Made by a program: the position numbers and the translations under genes. A stretch of DNA of 64,000 nucleotides, taken from Geosiphon pyriformis uo1. Taxonomy: Eukaryota; Fungi; Glomeromycota. Below are positions 11,880 to 25,104 of the stretch, piece after piece. The stretch is taken from assembly GCA_016748015.1 (NCBI GenBank), contig JAAOMT010000697.1:825152-889151 (forward strand), written 5' to 3'. Every line of letters begins with the position of its first letter. Within the stretch, counting starts at the first letter, position 1. The notes under the pieces were generated by a model. The model searched no databases. It was given only the letters and a program-made list of their open reading frames with translations, and was not told where the DNA came from.

Positions 11880-13210
11880 AAAACAAAAAATAAAAAAGTT
11901 ATAAACATTATTTTTTTTATAATAATTAATAAAGTTTCAACAAAAAATATTTTTTTGTTGTAAAAACAGCTAAGCAATATATTTTAAATATGTTTTCTTT
12001 AAATATTAATAACATAAAACTGTTTTTAACAGTTTTTAAAACATTTTTTTATTTTTAGATAATAATTTTTTTTTAGTTTAAGTTTTTTTAAAAGATATAC
12101 TAATGTTAATTTAGTATTGTTTTTACTTTTTTAAAAAAGTTTAAAGTTTTTAACAATAGATTAATTATTAAACTGATTTTTTTTGTTTTTATTTTTTATT
12201 ATTATTAAAGTTTAATGAGCAAGATCCAAAAGCTACTTATAACAATATATCAAAGAATTAATCTAAACTAAGTGCTAATTATGTATTTTCTACACGTGAC
12301 CAGCCATTCAAACCAGTCAAGAATACATTACACTGATGCTACAAAAAAAAACTTACCCAAAGATAACATCTTTTGAATGACAGAAAACAAAGTTGCACTG
12401 TAAGAAACCAAACCAACTAGCCACTTGGCAGTTTTAAAGAGATCAGTTTTAACATCAACAGACTCATGCTCCCAAAGGAACATTAAGTTGGAAAACACCT
12501 TATCACTCACAACAAGCAGAAACTTTGAATTATCAGACATATCAATGTTTTCCATACAGTATTCTTTTTTCAAAGAAACCACTTCTCTTCCCAATTTACC
12601 AACAGTTCTACTAAAAGAACCCATATGCACTAAAATCTTATTGATCTTAAGACCAAAAGCACTACTTGAAACCAAATTACCATTAATAAACTGTTTAAAA
12701 ATTGTAACCAAAGAGCCAATAGGCTTAACAATAGACTCAACCAAAACAGAAAGCTTAGTCAAATCAGATTTCAAAGAAGACAGTTGGAATAACACCAAAG
12801 AATCATCAACAACAACTGGTAACAAAAGTAGAAATTCAGAGGAGTTCAAGAAAACAGAAACCTTGGCATAAGACTTATGTTTTTATTATTATTATATTTT
12901 ATAAATAATTAAAAAAATTAAAAAATTAAAAAAACAATAGTAGTTGTTTGTATTTATTATTATTATATTAAATTTTTTTGTAATTTTAGATAAAATTTTA
13001 AATAAGATTTTTATAACAATAACCAATTTTTTTAATATAAATAACAATAATAATAATATGTTTTTTAAGATAAATTAAAATTAATTACTAAATATATAAT
13101 ATTTTTTAATAAATTATTATTAATTTTAATCAACTTATTAAGTTATTTGATTTTAAAAATTAAGTTAACTAAATAAAAATTAAATCAAAGTTTTTTTTGT
13201 TTTTGGTATT
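11880..13210. repeat. Extremely decayed AT-rich dispersed repeat (interrupted by 12194-12877), homologous to 45850-46490
   Basis: Colinear matching blocks, e.g. tttaaagtttttaa(c/t)aatagattaatta and aaataaaaattaaatcaa, in both places. Confidence 0.75.
12194..12877 (-). mobile_element. 5'-truncated ORF1-only non-autonomous LINE derivative (HAL1-like)
   Basis: 10-bp TSD TGTTTTTATT (12184-12193 / 12878-12887). Open ORF1-like frame 12328-12849 beginning near KSYAKV. LINE-type 3' UTR follows the stop directly. Confidence 0.75.
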
Positions 13211-13374
13211 ATCTTTAATAATACTTGAAAAATTATAATTATTAAAATTTTTTAAATAAATAATATTTATTTTAATATTTGGTTTTATATTTAAGATCAA
13301 ATTAATTTTTGTTAATTTTTTGTTTTATTGTTATTTGGTTTTATTGAATTTAAATTAATTTCAAAAAATAATTT

Positions 13375-13428
13375 ATAGTCCTAGGTCGCGTTTGGATCTT
13401 ACTCGTTAAATGTAATAAAAAAAAAAAT
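13375..13428 (+). mobile_element. About 50-bp 3' stub of a LINE with poly(A)
   Basis: tttggatcttactcgttaaatgtaat followed by an A run matches the 3' terminus of the minus-strand LINEs (tttggatcttgctcattaaactttaat). Confidence 0.6.
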
Positions 13429-13933
13429 AATAATTAACTATATTGATTTTATTGGTTAAATTTATTATTAAGCTTATTAGTTTTTTGTTTTAGTAATTAT
13501 TTTGCTTAATATTTTTTTTGTTTTATATAATAAACTATATAATATAATTAATATTGTTTAAAATAAAGTAATTGGCTTTAATAAAATTTTAAATAATATA
13601 AATTATAATAATATTAAGCTTAAAGTTAATATATAAACTTAAAAATAATAATATAAATTTATTTAATAATATTTTAAATATAAATATATATAATTAATTA
13701 ATAATTTTTTAATGTATTACCTTTTTAATACTAAGTTAATACAAATAAAACTGCCAAATAAATAAGTAAAATAGTTATTTATAATAATATTTTAATTATA
13801 TTTATACATAAAATATATTTTTAAGATTATAAAATTAATATAATATATTTTGAACTAAATTTATATTTAATTAAATATAAAAAAACACATAAATTATATT
13901 TAATTTAAATTATTTGATTAATATATTGTATTA

Positions 13934-16900
13934 TTTTTATTATTATAAGATTAATAAATAAAGTTCAACTGCTATTTAGTATATAAAATCAAACTAAGTA
14001 AAACAAACTAAATACAATTTATGTATTTACTACATATGACTAGCCACTTAAACCAGACAAGACAATACTATACACCTATATCAACAAACACATTACTACT
14101 TAAACCTGGAAAAAAAATAACACATTCTGCATCTACCAAAATTAACAGCAAAAGACTTCATAACACCAAGCATATGAACTATTCCATCAGACAACAAAGA
14201 TATTACACACTAAAACAAGTCTGAAACCAAACCATTATTACTGACCAAACCAGCTTTTTTCATATTTGTTCTATGCTTAAATCTAACAAAACATACATTA
14301 GTGCAATGTAATTCTATTATAAATCTAACATAATTGACAAGAGCCAGAGCAGCTTTTTTTTTTTTCAAAGACTAATACAGCTTTAGCAAACCAATTCCTC
14401 AACACAAAACCCTTGCAAATTACAGTATAAAGACTTATATTTAAAGAACACATTAAAAGCAATCACAAAATAGTCAAATCAAATGGGCAAAAAAAATTCA
14501 TCAATAATATTCATCTCTTAGCAGTCTTAGCCAAAATGTCTTCATAGAAACTAACATTACCAAAACAAGTAAAAACATAATCAGACAACTTCACTTTACT
14601 ACATAGTAAGCACAGCACTTCAGGATAATTTTTGTCATACAATCTCTTTCTAACTGCTACCAGCAACTGTCTATGTACTGCTTTTATTAAATATGTGTGC
14701 AAACTAGCCAATTTTTTACTAGTAAATTCAGACAGCATGTGCAAATCAGATTGCCAAATTTTTGTAGTAATAGTTCAGTCTATCCCCCTAATCATAACAT
14801 TTAGAACCACATCAAAACCAAGACCAGTCTTCCAATGAGCATGGCAAATTAAGATTATGAATAAAATAATAAGCATTACCAAATACAGCAGTATTTTTAA
14901 TAACCAAGAACTGTTCTCAAATTCCAATTGACAAAAAAAAGAAAATAGAAATGGCTTCATTAGTCAACACATCAGTCTTATTATTGCTCAGAACTCCTGA
15001 ATGTCTCTTAACCTTTATCCATTTAACCAAAATGTTTTTATTTCTAATAAAATTGGCTATATGCAATTTTTTGATCCAACATTGACTGTAAAAGTCAGAT
15101 ACAGCAAACAAAATTTCAGATACACAAAAATTAATTGTAGATTGGCTATCTAAATACAAAACTACAGCACAAGAAGACAAAACACACTTCAAAACCAAAG
15201 CAATAGCTTACAATTTAGCTAAAGTAAAAGACAAAAGTCCAAATATTTTAATTTTAATGCTTACATCCACAGCCAGAAAGTAAGCAGCCACTGTATTTAT
15301 TACTTCAGCAAAACCAACACTCTTTAAAAACCTATCTGTGTAGACCTTAATACAATTCAACCAAATCTCCAGTAAACTATCATATATATTAGAGAATCTT
15401 TCAGAACTCAAAATATTCAACACAAGTAATCTGAAAACAACAACAGACTCGACCTCCAAAAAAATATTATTGCTAATAAATTCAGAAGCCAGTGCAAACC
15501 AGTAAGACACAAAGCTTCTTGGATCTAATCTTTTCTACTATTAAAATGTTTTTTAATTCATCACATTCCTTTTTTTGTCTAGAAATCTGTCTTCAAACAC
15601 AACATTAAATCACTTCAAAAAAAGAACAGAATTATAAAACAAGAACTGTCTCAAGATATTAAACATTGAAAATCTATTAGACTCACAAAAAACACTAGAA
15701 AAATTGTTCATTAAAAACAACTCATTATTTAAAAATATTCTTATCATACCAACCAAAAAATTATTCATTAGACTAATAAGGAACTTGACTGAAAATTGCA
15801 AAAGATTCAAAGAGAACCACCCAAAAACCTACAAATTCAAAAACTTATGTTCAAATAAATGTTCAAAAATGTTTTGGGTATTGAAAAAAAAGATTAACAA
15901 AGTCAACTTCTCTTCAGATTAAACTTGTTTAAAAAGTTTCAGATTATACAAAGATAAATAGTGCAACACTTTACCAGAAAAATCACATAGTAAACCAGTC
16001 TTAGCCTTAAAACTCTTCCTAATCATCACATCTCACTTGTGACACATATTTGTAGAAACAAAACTAAACTGTATTTGAAAACTAACTATGGGCTGCAGAA
16101 CAGCTAAAACTAACTAAAAAAATTGTTTATTTATAATAGTCTTTCTTAACACTACATTAAAAAAAGAATCTAACATCTACATAAGCCTGAACCAAACTAG
16201 ACTTGAAAAGACTCTTAGTAGACAAAAAAATTTCCAAGTATCTGTGTGATTTACTTCTCTTAGCAATTGAAATTGGCAAATCATTAATCAAAAGTAAGAC
16301 AGTTTTGACATTTTAATTGATGAAAATAGCCACTGTTTTATTATTATTAATTAAAATATTATTGATAACAAAGAACTTATTGACAATATTCAAAATGTAC
16401 TGTGTAGAAGCTTGACAACTTTCAATCCAAATTGTATTATTAACAAAGGCACCAGCAGCAAAAAAGAAAGTCTTCCCTTTAATAGCCTTAACTCTGTTAA
16501 ACTTAACCACAAACCTAGTATTAATTCTGTAACTACACAAGTGTTCATGTCTTTTTATTTTACACAAAAGTAAATTATAAAAAATTCTCCAAAAGAATAG
16601 AGAAAACATTTTATCTTAATTCAAACCATCATGAACTCTATAACCACTCAAGAATTTAAAATCTGTCATTACTTTATTGAACTAATTTTCATAAATGTTG
16701 CCAAAAAACCTGATAAACTGACTGCATATTTTGATACAATGTAAACTAGCCTTTAAATAATATCAGCTCACTGAATTATAAGCTTTACACATATTCTGTA
16801 GTATTAACCAAAGCTCTCTGTTCTTTTCCAGAGTATTTTTAACAACTAATCTAATAGCAAAAATAGGAGACTGAGTTGAAGTATCTTTTAATACCAAAAA

Positions 16901-19900
16901 ATTATTACCACAAAAAACATTAAATTTGCTGCAAGCTGACAATATCTGATCAGAAAAAATTTTAAACAAGATTTTACAAACCATTTTAACTAATATAATA
17001 GGCTTAGTATTTGTTAAAACTCCATTCTATTTATAAGATTTTGGAATCATTGAAACCTATACTTTCTTTCAAAAAATTGGAACCATATTCAAAGTTAAAC
17101 ATAAATTCAATAGTCTCAAAAGACACATCAACACTTTATTACCACAATGCTTCTAAAGCTTATTAGGTATCCCTAACAAACTAACAGCTTTATCATTTGG
17201 CAAATTATCAACAACCAAAGACAACTCTTTTATAACATTTGAGAAAACATCATTATCTATATAGTTTAAAGACATGTATTAACAAAACCAAAGATTGGAG
17301 ATTTTTGAAAGCACTAACTGTTTCTTTGTCTACTCTATTATTATTTCATTCATTTTAAGCTTCACTTTATTAGGTTTAACCATCAACTCATCATTTACCA
17401 CTAAGTGATTTAAGACAATCTTGTAAAATGAACATTTCAAAATACTCTTTATCATTTATCTTTTGTTAGAACAGAAATTTTTTATATGACAGTCAATAGC
17501 CTTCCTGACAGCTGTATCTTCAGTAGTCTTCAATTTATAATACTTAGACTTCCAATACCTTTTTCTTATCACTGACAAATGTTTAACCAAATCCAATAAA
17601 CTCATACTGTTCAGAATCATACCAACAACTTTGAATGCCTTAACCTTATCAACAACCAACCAAATCTTAACAAGACAATCAAAATCCAAAAGATTTTCAA
17701 AACTTCAACACTTTGCAATTTTTACAACAAGCCATTTCAATTTAAAAAATTTTGAAGAATGTTTGTTCTTTAAACAGTCATACTTACTATACCAAATTTT
17801 AAAAAACATCTTATTAGCAGCTTGTATTATAGCTTCCTTTAGCACTTTCCACATTGTATCCAAGTTATTTTTGCTTTTTACAATCCCAAACACATTTAAT
17901 CTTACCAATAATTCGGCAGAAGAACACTTTTTAAAATACAACTATTGGGTCTTATCTGCATTTTTTAACTTGAACTTCCACTGGTTTCAGTTGGTCTGCT
18001 TATAAGTGTTGTTAAGACAAACATTCAGAAGTCTATTCAAACTAACTAAGATTAAAACTGTTTTATGATTTGTATCAAAAAACTCTGACACATTATTAAT
18101 TTTATGTGATGTGATTACAGATGCCAGATTTTTACTCACTAAAATAAAATCTATAACCTTTTCAACATTTTTAGAATTGCTTAAGTAGGAGCCTTGATTA
18201 TAAAATAAATTAACTAACCTTAAGTCTACACAAAACTTGAAATTTATACTCTTCTTAGTACTATCCTCATTGAAATCCTCACTTAATACCACAAAAGTAG
18301 TGAAGTTGACTATCTTGGCAATAAAAAAATTGACAACAAATGTCTGACTAAACCTTGCTTTGGCAGAAGTATCAGCATACAAACCCAGAACTGTAATTGA
18401 CAACTTCTTCTTAAATAGAAACTTAACTGATATAATTCTATCAGGAATTTTCTTTATTTTAGATATATGCCAAGCCAGAGAATTGTTTACAATAATAGCC
18501 ACTCCAGTATTAAGAAAATTTTTATCCAAATCAGATGTAAAAATCCAGACTCCATCAAATTTGTTCATAATCCATGGCCTAACACTAGACTTCAATTTTG
18601 TTTTAGTAACAATTAATATCATGTTACCTGAGTTAACATGCCAATACACAATATTTTTTGCTTAGCTGAAACACTAATGCTTTAAATATTACATGTAGCA
18701 ATTCTTTACACCAACTTATTTATTGGGATGAAAAATGTACCAGAAAACTTGAGCCAGCACACAACCAATCCAATTTCACCAAAACAAAACTGACAAAGAC
18801 CTCAAAAGCCACCAACTTTGATTCCAGACTTTTTATCTTAATAGTTAAGATCTTAAAACTACTCAAACCTAGAACCAAACTTATATTCATCAAAGATAAG
18901 GAAGAGATTACAAGAAGCATCTGCAAAACATCCAAAACCATATTCAAATCTGAATTTAAATCCAAAAGAACAATTACAGTAGAAAAGAGAGATTGAAAAA
19001 TAGATGTCATAAGCACCAATTCAATCATATTTAGCTTTTTAATAATACTTGACACTTGATTAGCTAAAAGCTTCAAAAAATGTTCCAGAGAAGTCAAGTA
19101 ATCATTAATTAGAAAGTTATTCTGGACAACTAGCTTGTTTCTTTTATTAAATAAAACACCAAAAGAAAAAGAACTAAAACCAGAGCCAAATCCAGAACAA
19201 AAACCACCAGAGAAAAAAACAAGTAAGACCATCTGTGCTCAAGATTTGTTACCAAAAACAGCAGGATAAGAAATTGAAATATTTTTTTTTACATACAACT
19301 TAGTAAGCTGAAGATAACTTTTTTTTAAGATGATCTTTTTATAAAATTTTGGAGAAGACACAATTAATACATTTAATGCATCACACTTAAAAGCTAAATG
19401 TTCAAAATGTCTGCATTTCTTACATCTAATAAGATCCATTCTTATTCAAAAGAGTTTAATACCACCAAATATTAGCACAGTGTGATAAATGGATTCTAGC
19501 TTCTTATTAGTTTTAAAACTACAGCTTTGACCACATGCACAGAATTTTTTCCAATTAAAAAAAACTATCTAGCTGCCAACTGATCAGCCTAACTCAATTT
19601 GGCAAATTTTATTACAGCCTTTTGCTACAGCCCAATTAGTTACAATTGGATCAATACAATTTTACCAAATTCAGCTACTGTAGCAATAATTATTTTTTTA
19701 AGTGTATCTATAGAAATTTCTTTGATTACCATAGCCCAATCTGAACAAAATTTTTGTTTCTTAAAATTGGTATTTACAACAATTTTCTTTACTTTGGCCA
19801 ATAATGTGGTCTTTTCTATGTTGTTCTTTAAGATAAAGATAAATCTAATAATCTCTTCAAATTTTGAGGGAATAGTGACCCCTCCAAAACTATTGACAAC

Positions 19901-20560
19901 TAAAAATTTTTTTTTAACAAACTGAGTTTTTATTATCACCAATTTCTCTTTTACAGCTAAGAGATTAATATCTAAAGCAAAGAATTTTCTAATAAGCACT
20001 TCAACCTGAGTTTTTATTATCTTGGAATTAATTCACTTTTTGTCAAGTGAGATATTAAGAAAAGAGAAAAAAGGTTCTATATTTTCATCTATTCTAAAGT
20101 CAATAGTACCACTAGAAAAATCACTAACCAAACTATTATTAACTTTTTTAGCTTTGAAAGTTGTTGTAATCAAACTAAGAAAAGAATTATTATCTGAACC
20201 TATTATAATACTACTAAGCTTATTATTACTAAATCTACTGTCCATATTCGAATACATGCTATTATTAAAACCAGATTTGGTCAGAAAAATTTCCCTTTTA
20301 TTGCTAAAATGTTTAATATTGTTAACAGAAATCTTTTTCTTTTGAGAAAAAGTACTACCAACAAGACTATAAAAAGCACCTTTTGAAGCCTTTTCTTAAT
20401 TATACTGTTACTTAAAACAGCCTTCAGGTTTACTATAAAAGAATTATTAGCTTGAGAAATGTTGAAAGTAATAAAACAAGTAAGATAAAAAACAAAAACT
20501 TTTTTTTCAAAAAAACTGCTTTTTGGGGAATTTATACATAGAAAAAAAAAGAAGTTTTTG
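13934..20560 (-). mobile_element. Full-length degenerate LINE copy 2 (ORF1; ORF2 = APE-RT-RNase H-CCHC), about 6.6 kb
   Basis: Candidate TSD TATTGTATTA (13924-13933 / 20561-20570). ORF1 knuckle CKKCRHFEHLAFKC. APE SEDFN, IDFIL. RT AGAFVNNTIW. RNase H VYTD..., LDSQ, KVKRHSGVLSN..TD. C-terminal CLLC...DYVFTC. Confidence 0.93.
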
Positions 20561-21247
20561 TATTGTATTAAATAATAATAAAAATAAAAAAATAAAAAAA
20601 TATAAATTATATTTTTTTAATAATTAAGACTATTATATAATATTATATTTATTATATATTAAAATAATAATAAAAAAAATCATAAAGTTTTTAATAAAAC
20701 AATATAAATATTATGAATTTAACAAAATTTTAATATTAATTAAGATTTTAAATTTAATTGTTATTATAAATAAAATAATAATAATAATTATTATTATTAT
20801 TAGCTTTTTACAATTCAATTTTTAATATTAGTAAAAAATTAAAAAAAATTAAAAAAAAAATTAATAAATTTTTTGTTTTTTTTAATATAATATTGTTTTT
20901 TTGTTGTTGTTGTTGTTGTAACAAATTTTATTTTTTATGTTTTAAAAAATATATAATGTTTTAAAATATATTTTGTTAAATATATAAATCTTTATATAAT
21001 TTATTTTATTAAAATGCTTTAACTAAATTACTATTTATATATATATTTAACATATATATTTAACATATGTATATATTTCATATTAAATGTAATTTATGGA
21101 TTTTTTACATGTAATCAGCCATTCGAAATATAATTTATACAAAAATTTGATTGCATATAAGTTTATATCCAGTTATAAAAACATAATAATATATATAAAT
21201 AAATTTTTATTGGTTTTTTAAAAAAAAAAATTAAATTTTACAAATAA

Positions 21248-21279
<32 letters not shown>

Positions 21280-21549
21280 ATAAATTGAAATTTAATAAGA
21301 AAATAAAGTTTTTTAAAATAAAAATATATTTTTTTTTAATATAAATTTTAATGCTTTCAGAAAGTTTGGCTCAAACAATTATCTACGTATATGCAATAAG
21401 AAATATTACTTTCTATCCCACCCTCGATTAATTTATATAAACCATTTTTATTTTTAATAATTAATTCAAAAAGTTTAATTTTATAATTTATAATTTTTTT
21501 ATAGCGAATATTTTAAATTTATTAATAAAAATCAAATTTTTATGTTAAT

Positions 21550-22230
21550 AGAGAGTTTGCGCTACAATGATTTTCTTTGTAAATTTACCTGTAGCCACAA
21601 ATTTGTGGTTTGTACAAAGAAATTTAAAATCGGAATTCTTTGTAGATCTCCTCTACAAGTAAGAGATTTTTGTTATCTAATTTTTTGCAATCTGTAGCCC
21701 AAAAGCTGACAAGGTATGTCTTACAATATGTCCAAACCTAAGAGAGATATTCTCGAACCTATTTTAAGACTGTGGACCATTTTTATTGTTAGTGAATAAG
21801 CATTCACTATACTAACTGATGGAATTCGGAAGTGTTCAACAAGTTGTTCTATCTGTGTTTTGTTGAATCTATAAGCCGTTGTCTTCAATATACTTTTCAA
21901 AACATTATTGTCACATTAATCATATAAAACTTTAATCTTCATACTGGAAAAATGCTACACACGTTCCCTCATCGAAGTGCATTTAGATCAAGTCTCGTAT
22001 TAGGAATCAATGGACGTTCAGGTTCAAATATTGTCTTCATTGTTATGGCCAGTTGCTGTTGACGCTTATGAAGTAGTAGCAGAAGTGTAGCCATTCGCAG
22101 GCTGTCAAAAGTCAAGTTCTCGGACTCCATATGATGAGATTTGATACGCGTTTGCATTAAAATTACGTGACATCACTAGCCAATTGCAGAAATAAATTTA
22201 CAAGGAAAATCATTGTAGCGCAAACTCTCT
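21550..22230 (-). mobile_element. Non-autonomous PIF/Harbinger-superfamily (Pangu-like) DNA transposon, 681 bp
   Basis: 38-bp TIRs AGAGAGTTTGCGCTACAATGATTTTC(T/C)TTGTAAATTTA with 1 mismatch, flanked by AAT on both sides. Internal remnant ERPLIPNTRLDLNAL-DEGTCVAFF(Q)FNKTQIEQLVEHFRIP...RFENISLRFG, with a GT-AG intron at 21869-21944, resembles the N-terminus of DDE_Tnp_4 transposases. Confidence 0.8.
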
Positions 22231-23106
22231 AATATAATAATTAATATAAGTATTTTATTAAATATGAAAAAACTTTTAATTAATAATATAAAAGTTTAAC
22301 ATTGACTTTCAAACCAAAATTACTTCAATTTATTATTTAATTATTACAAAAAATTATTTTTATTATTATTTATTAATTGTATTAATTATTTTGAGTTATT
22401 ATAAATTATAAAATATTACAAAAACAAGAAAAACTTGATATTATACTTTTACAATTTGGTTTTGAAAATAAATATATATAAAACGATAAAAAAACTTTTA
22501 CATCATTCAAATTTTACGTTATTCTAGTAATCATTTAATTTCATTTTTGAACCAAAATAAATAACCATTTAAAAAATCGAAAATCACACTAGCTCTCAAA
22601 ATATTTCACGGTTTTGGCCAGCAAAATAAAAGGATTTCAAAACAGCAATTACTAATTAGTTCTCTTTGTGGCTTTCCAATTAAACATGACAGTTGAAAGT
22701 TCTGATATAAATTTCTGTACTTAATATGCATTTAAAATTCTTGATTTTATGTATTAATACGAGTGAAAATAGCAATTATATGTACAACTAGATGAGAGGA
22801 AAATTGCAAAGCTAAAAATGATACTTGATTCAAGGGAAAAAATAAGGTAAAATAAGAGAGAAAAAAATTACAGATTATAGTAAAATATGACAGGAATGAA
22901 GAGAGAATGTTTGTGTGATGAAGGTGTTTGAGTTCCTATACATAGAACAGAAATACAGAAAATCAATCTTCAATGGCATGCCATGGTGAAAAACAAAAAT
23001 TTAGAGAATAAAATCAAGTGTCATGTGGTGGTGATGGGGGAGGGGGTATCCTGAATTTTCCTCTCTGGTTTGGGAAAATTTACATTGAAGATAAAATTAT
23101 TAAACT

Positions 23107-24341
23107 CTATTTTGAGGAAACAGAAGGTAAAAGTCCATCAGTGGAAGATGTCGAAGACAATGATTCATCGGTTAATTTTATTTTTTGTTCTACACGTCTT
23201 TTTAGAAATACCGGAATCAAAACAGCAAGACCAATCAAAGTCAGTGCACCAACATTTGCCCAAGAAAACATGTGAAAGTCGGAGGCACTTGTCATCTGGT
23301 TGATCGTAAGACCAGCTTGTACGTGAATAATTGATGGTCCGGCAACTCCAAAGAATGTCCCAACTAAAAAAATGCTCAATGGGATTCCAACATGTGGAGC
23401 CGCTATATTAGCGAACCAATTTGGTGGGAAAGGGACTAATCGAAGTATGATCAGGTAATTTAGGAGATGATTGGAATGATTTTGAAGATGACTGGCTAGC
23501 AGATCAAGTTTTTCGCTGAATCGTTCTTTTACAAAGGCTCTACCAAATCTTTGGGAGATTAGGTAACAATTTGTTGCACCAATTGCAGAACATGTACAGA
23601 CAATTATCAAGGCAACTGGCATCCCGAACAATGCACCACCCAAGACTGAAAGCCACATGCTTCCAGGTATTGAGAATGTTTGTAGACTGTGGAAAGAGGA
23701 GAAGAAGGTCAAAGTTATGGTTATTTTTAACAAGGTAATTGAAATATCCAAGACTAAAAATGACAATTTCCCAAAAAAATAAGATCATATTAACTTACAA
23801 TATATATACAATGATGAATACAGTCATCACATTAAAATAGGATTGCTCCATGTATGAACTTAATAATTGATTTAGAGATTGAAGTTGTTCAAAGTTTTTC
23901 GGTAATTTCAGGAGAGCCCGATCTTTACTTTGGAATGAATATATTTGAAGAGAGAAAGGGTTAAAAAAATTGGAATTGAAATTGATATAAATTGGGTACG
24001 AGTTCGGGAATTACTCTCTCAGGAAAGTAAAAAAAAAAAAAAGGAAAAGAAAAAATTTGAAAAACTCACGCGTCTATTGGGGGTAAAAACAAATGTATCA
24101 CTAGATAGACCAACCCAACTGATAAAGCGAATAACACCACCAGCTGTGACAAGGCCAATATTGTTTTCCAACCACGGGCTGCTTTTGTCATAGGGAACTG
24201 TTCCTCGCCTACGTTTACAATGGCTTCGTAACCTTTTACCCCATCCTCTACTGTTATTATAACATAGGAAGCATGCTTTTGACTATTCTTTAGTAAAGGT
24301 GTGACCTCATTCACGATAGACGGACCGAGACTTTGGCGCAT
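23107..24341 (-). CDS. TMEM41: TMEM41/VTT (DedA superfamily) membrane protein, 3 exons (24341-24070, 23927-23799, 23686-23107)
   Basis: YIFLQTFSIPGSMWLSVLGGALFG, CSAIGATNCY, LRLVPFPPNWFAN. GT-AG introns keep the frame. Confidence 0.9.
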
Positions 24342-25014
24342 ATTGATTAAAGATTATATTTTATGTGGTGATGGGAGAAAGTGTTAACTTGTCAGTTGAA
24401 CTTTTTTTTTTTAAATTTTTCATAAACGAGACAGTGAAGTTTGATTAGTTTATTTATATATATATAATGCATGGGTTAGTAGAAGAAATCTGGGTGGATC
24501 ATGATTGATTGATGACGAGAAGAGGCTCGATCCTGCGCAAAAAAGGTAAATCAAAAATCCATAATTTTTTTTAGGTTCACACGTTCAATGAATTATCTAT
24601 GTTTCACAAGAAAAACCGGACATTTCAAAGCCGATTTTTCCGGAATATTGGATCACAAAATTTAAGCTAATTTTCTTATACCATTGTTTTCATTTCCATT
24701 TATTGAAACACTATTAATAATAGTAAAAGATTAGACTAGGGAATTTCATGGTTAAAATAAAATAAAATAAAATAGATTGATTAATAATGTTTTGAACCGC
24801 TGAGCTAGTCATTTTATCTTTCATCTATCAAAACAAAAAATTACATCATCACACATCATTTTCTTTTGATCATGATCTGATAAGAAATCCTAAAGAATTG
24901 AGTCTTTTTTTCAATTAGTTTAGAAAGATAATCATAATAAAACTACCAAATGCATGATTATACTTGCTCTTTTAAAGTTTGTATCGGGATTTTGGAGAGT
25001 TTCGAGTGATCTGT

Positions 25015-25104
25015 AAAATGTAAATGTAAATATAAATATAAATATAGATATAAATATAAATGTAGATATAAATGTAAATGTAAATTTAAATGTAAATGTA
25101 AATG
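25015..25104. repeat. Hexamer microsatellite (TAAATG/TAAATA/TAGATA), about 15 units
   Basis: Direct 6-bp periodicity. Confidence 0.9.

Noticed and set aside
2803-12871. Plus-strand ORFs over the retroelements (e.g. 8241-8621, 12425-12871)
   Set aside because: Antisense shadows of minus-strand coding remnants, with no motifs.
1-20560. Alternative genetic code or programmed readthrough explaining in-frame stops
   Set aside because: Stops fall at different positions in each copy and derive from TGG/CGA/CAR transitions; host genes use the standard code.
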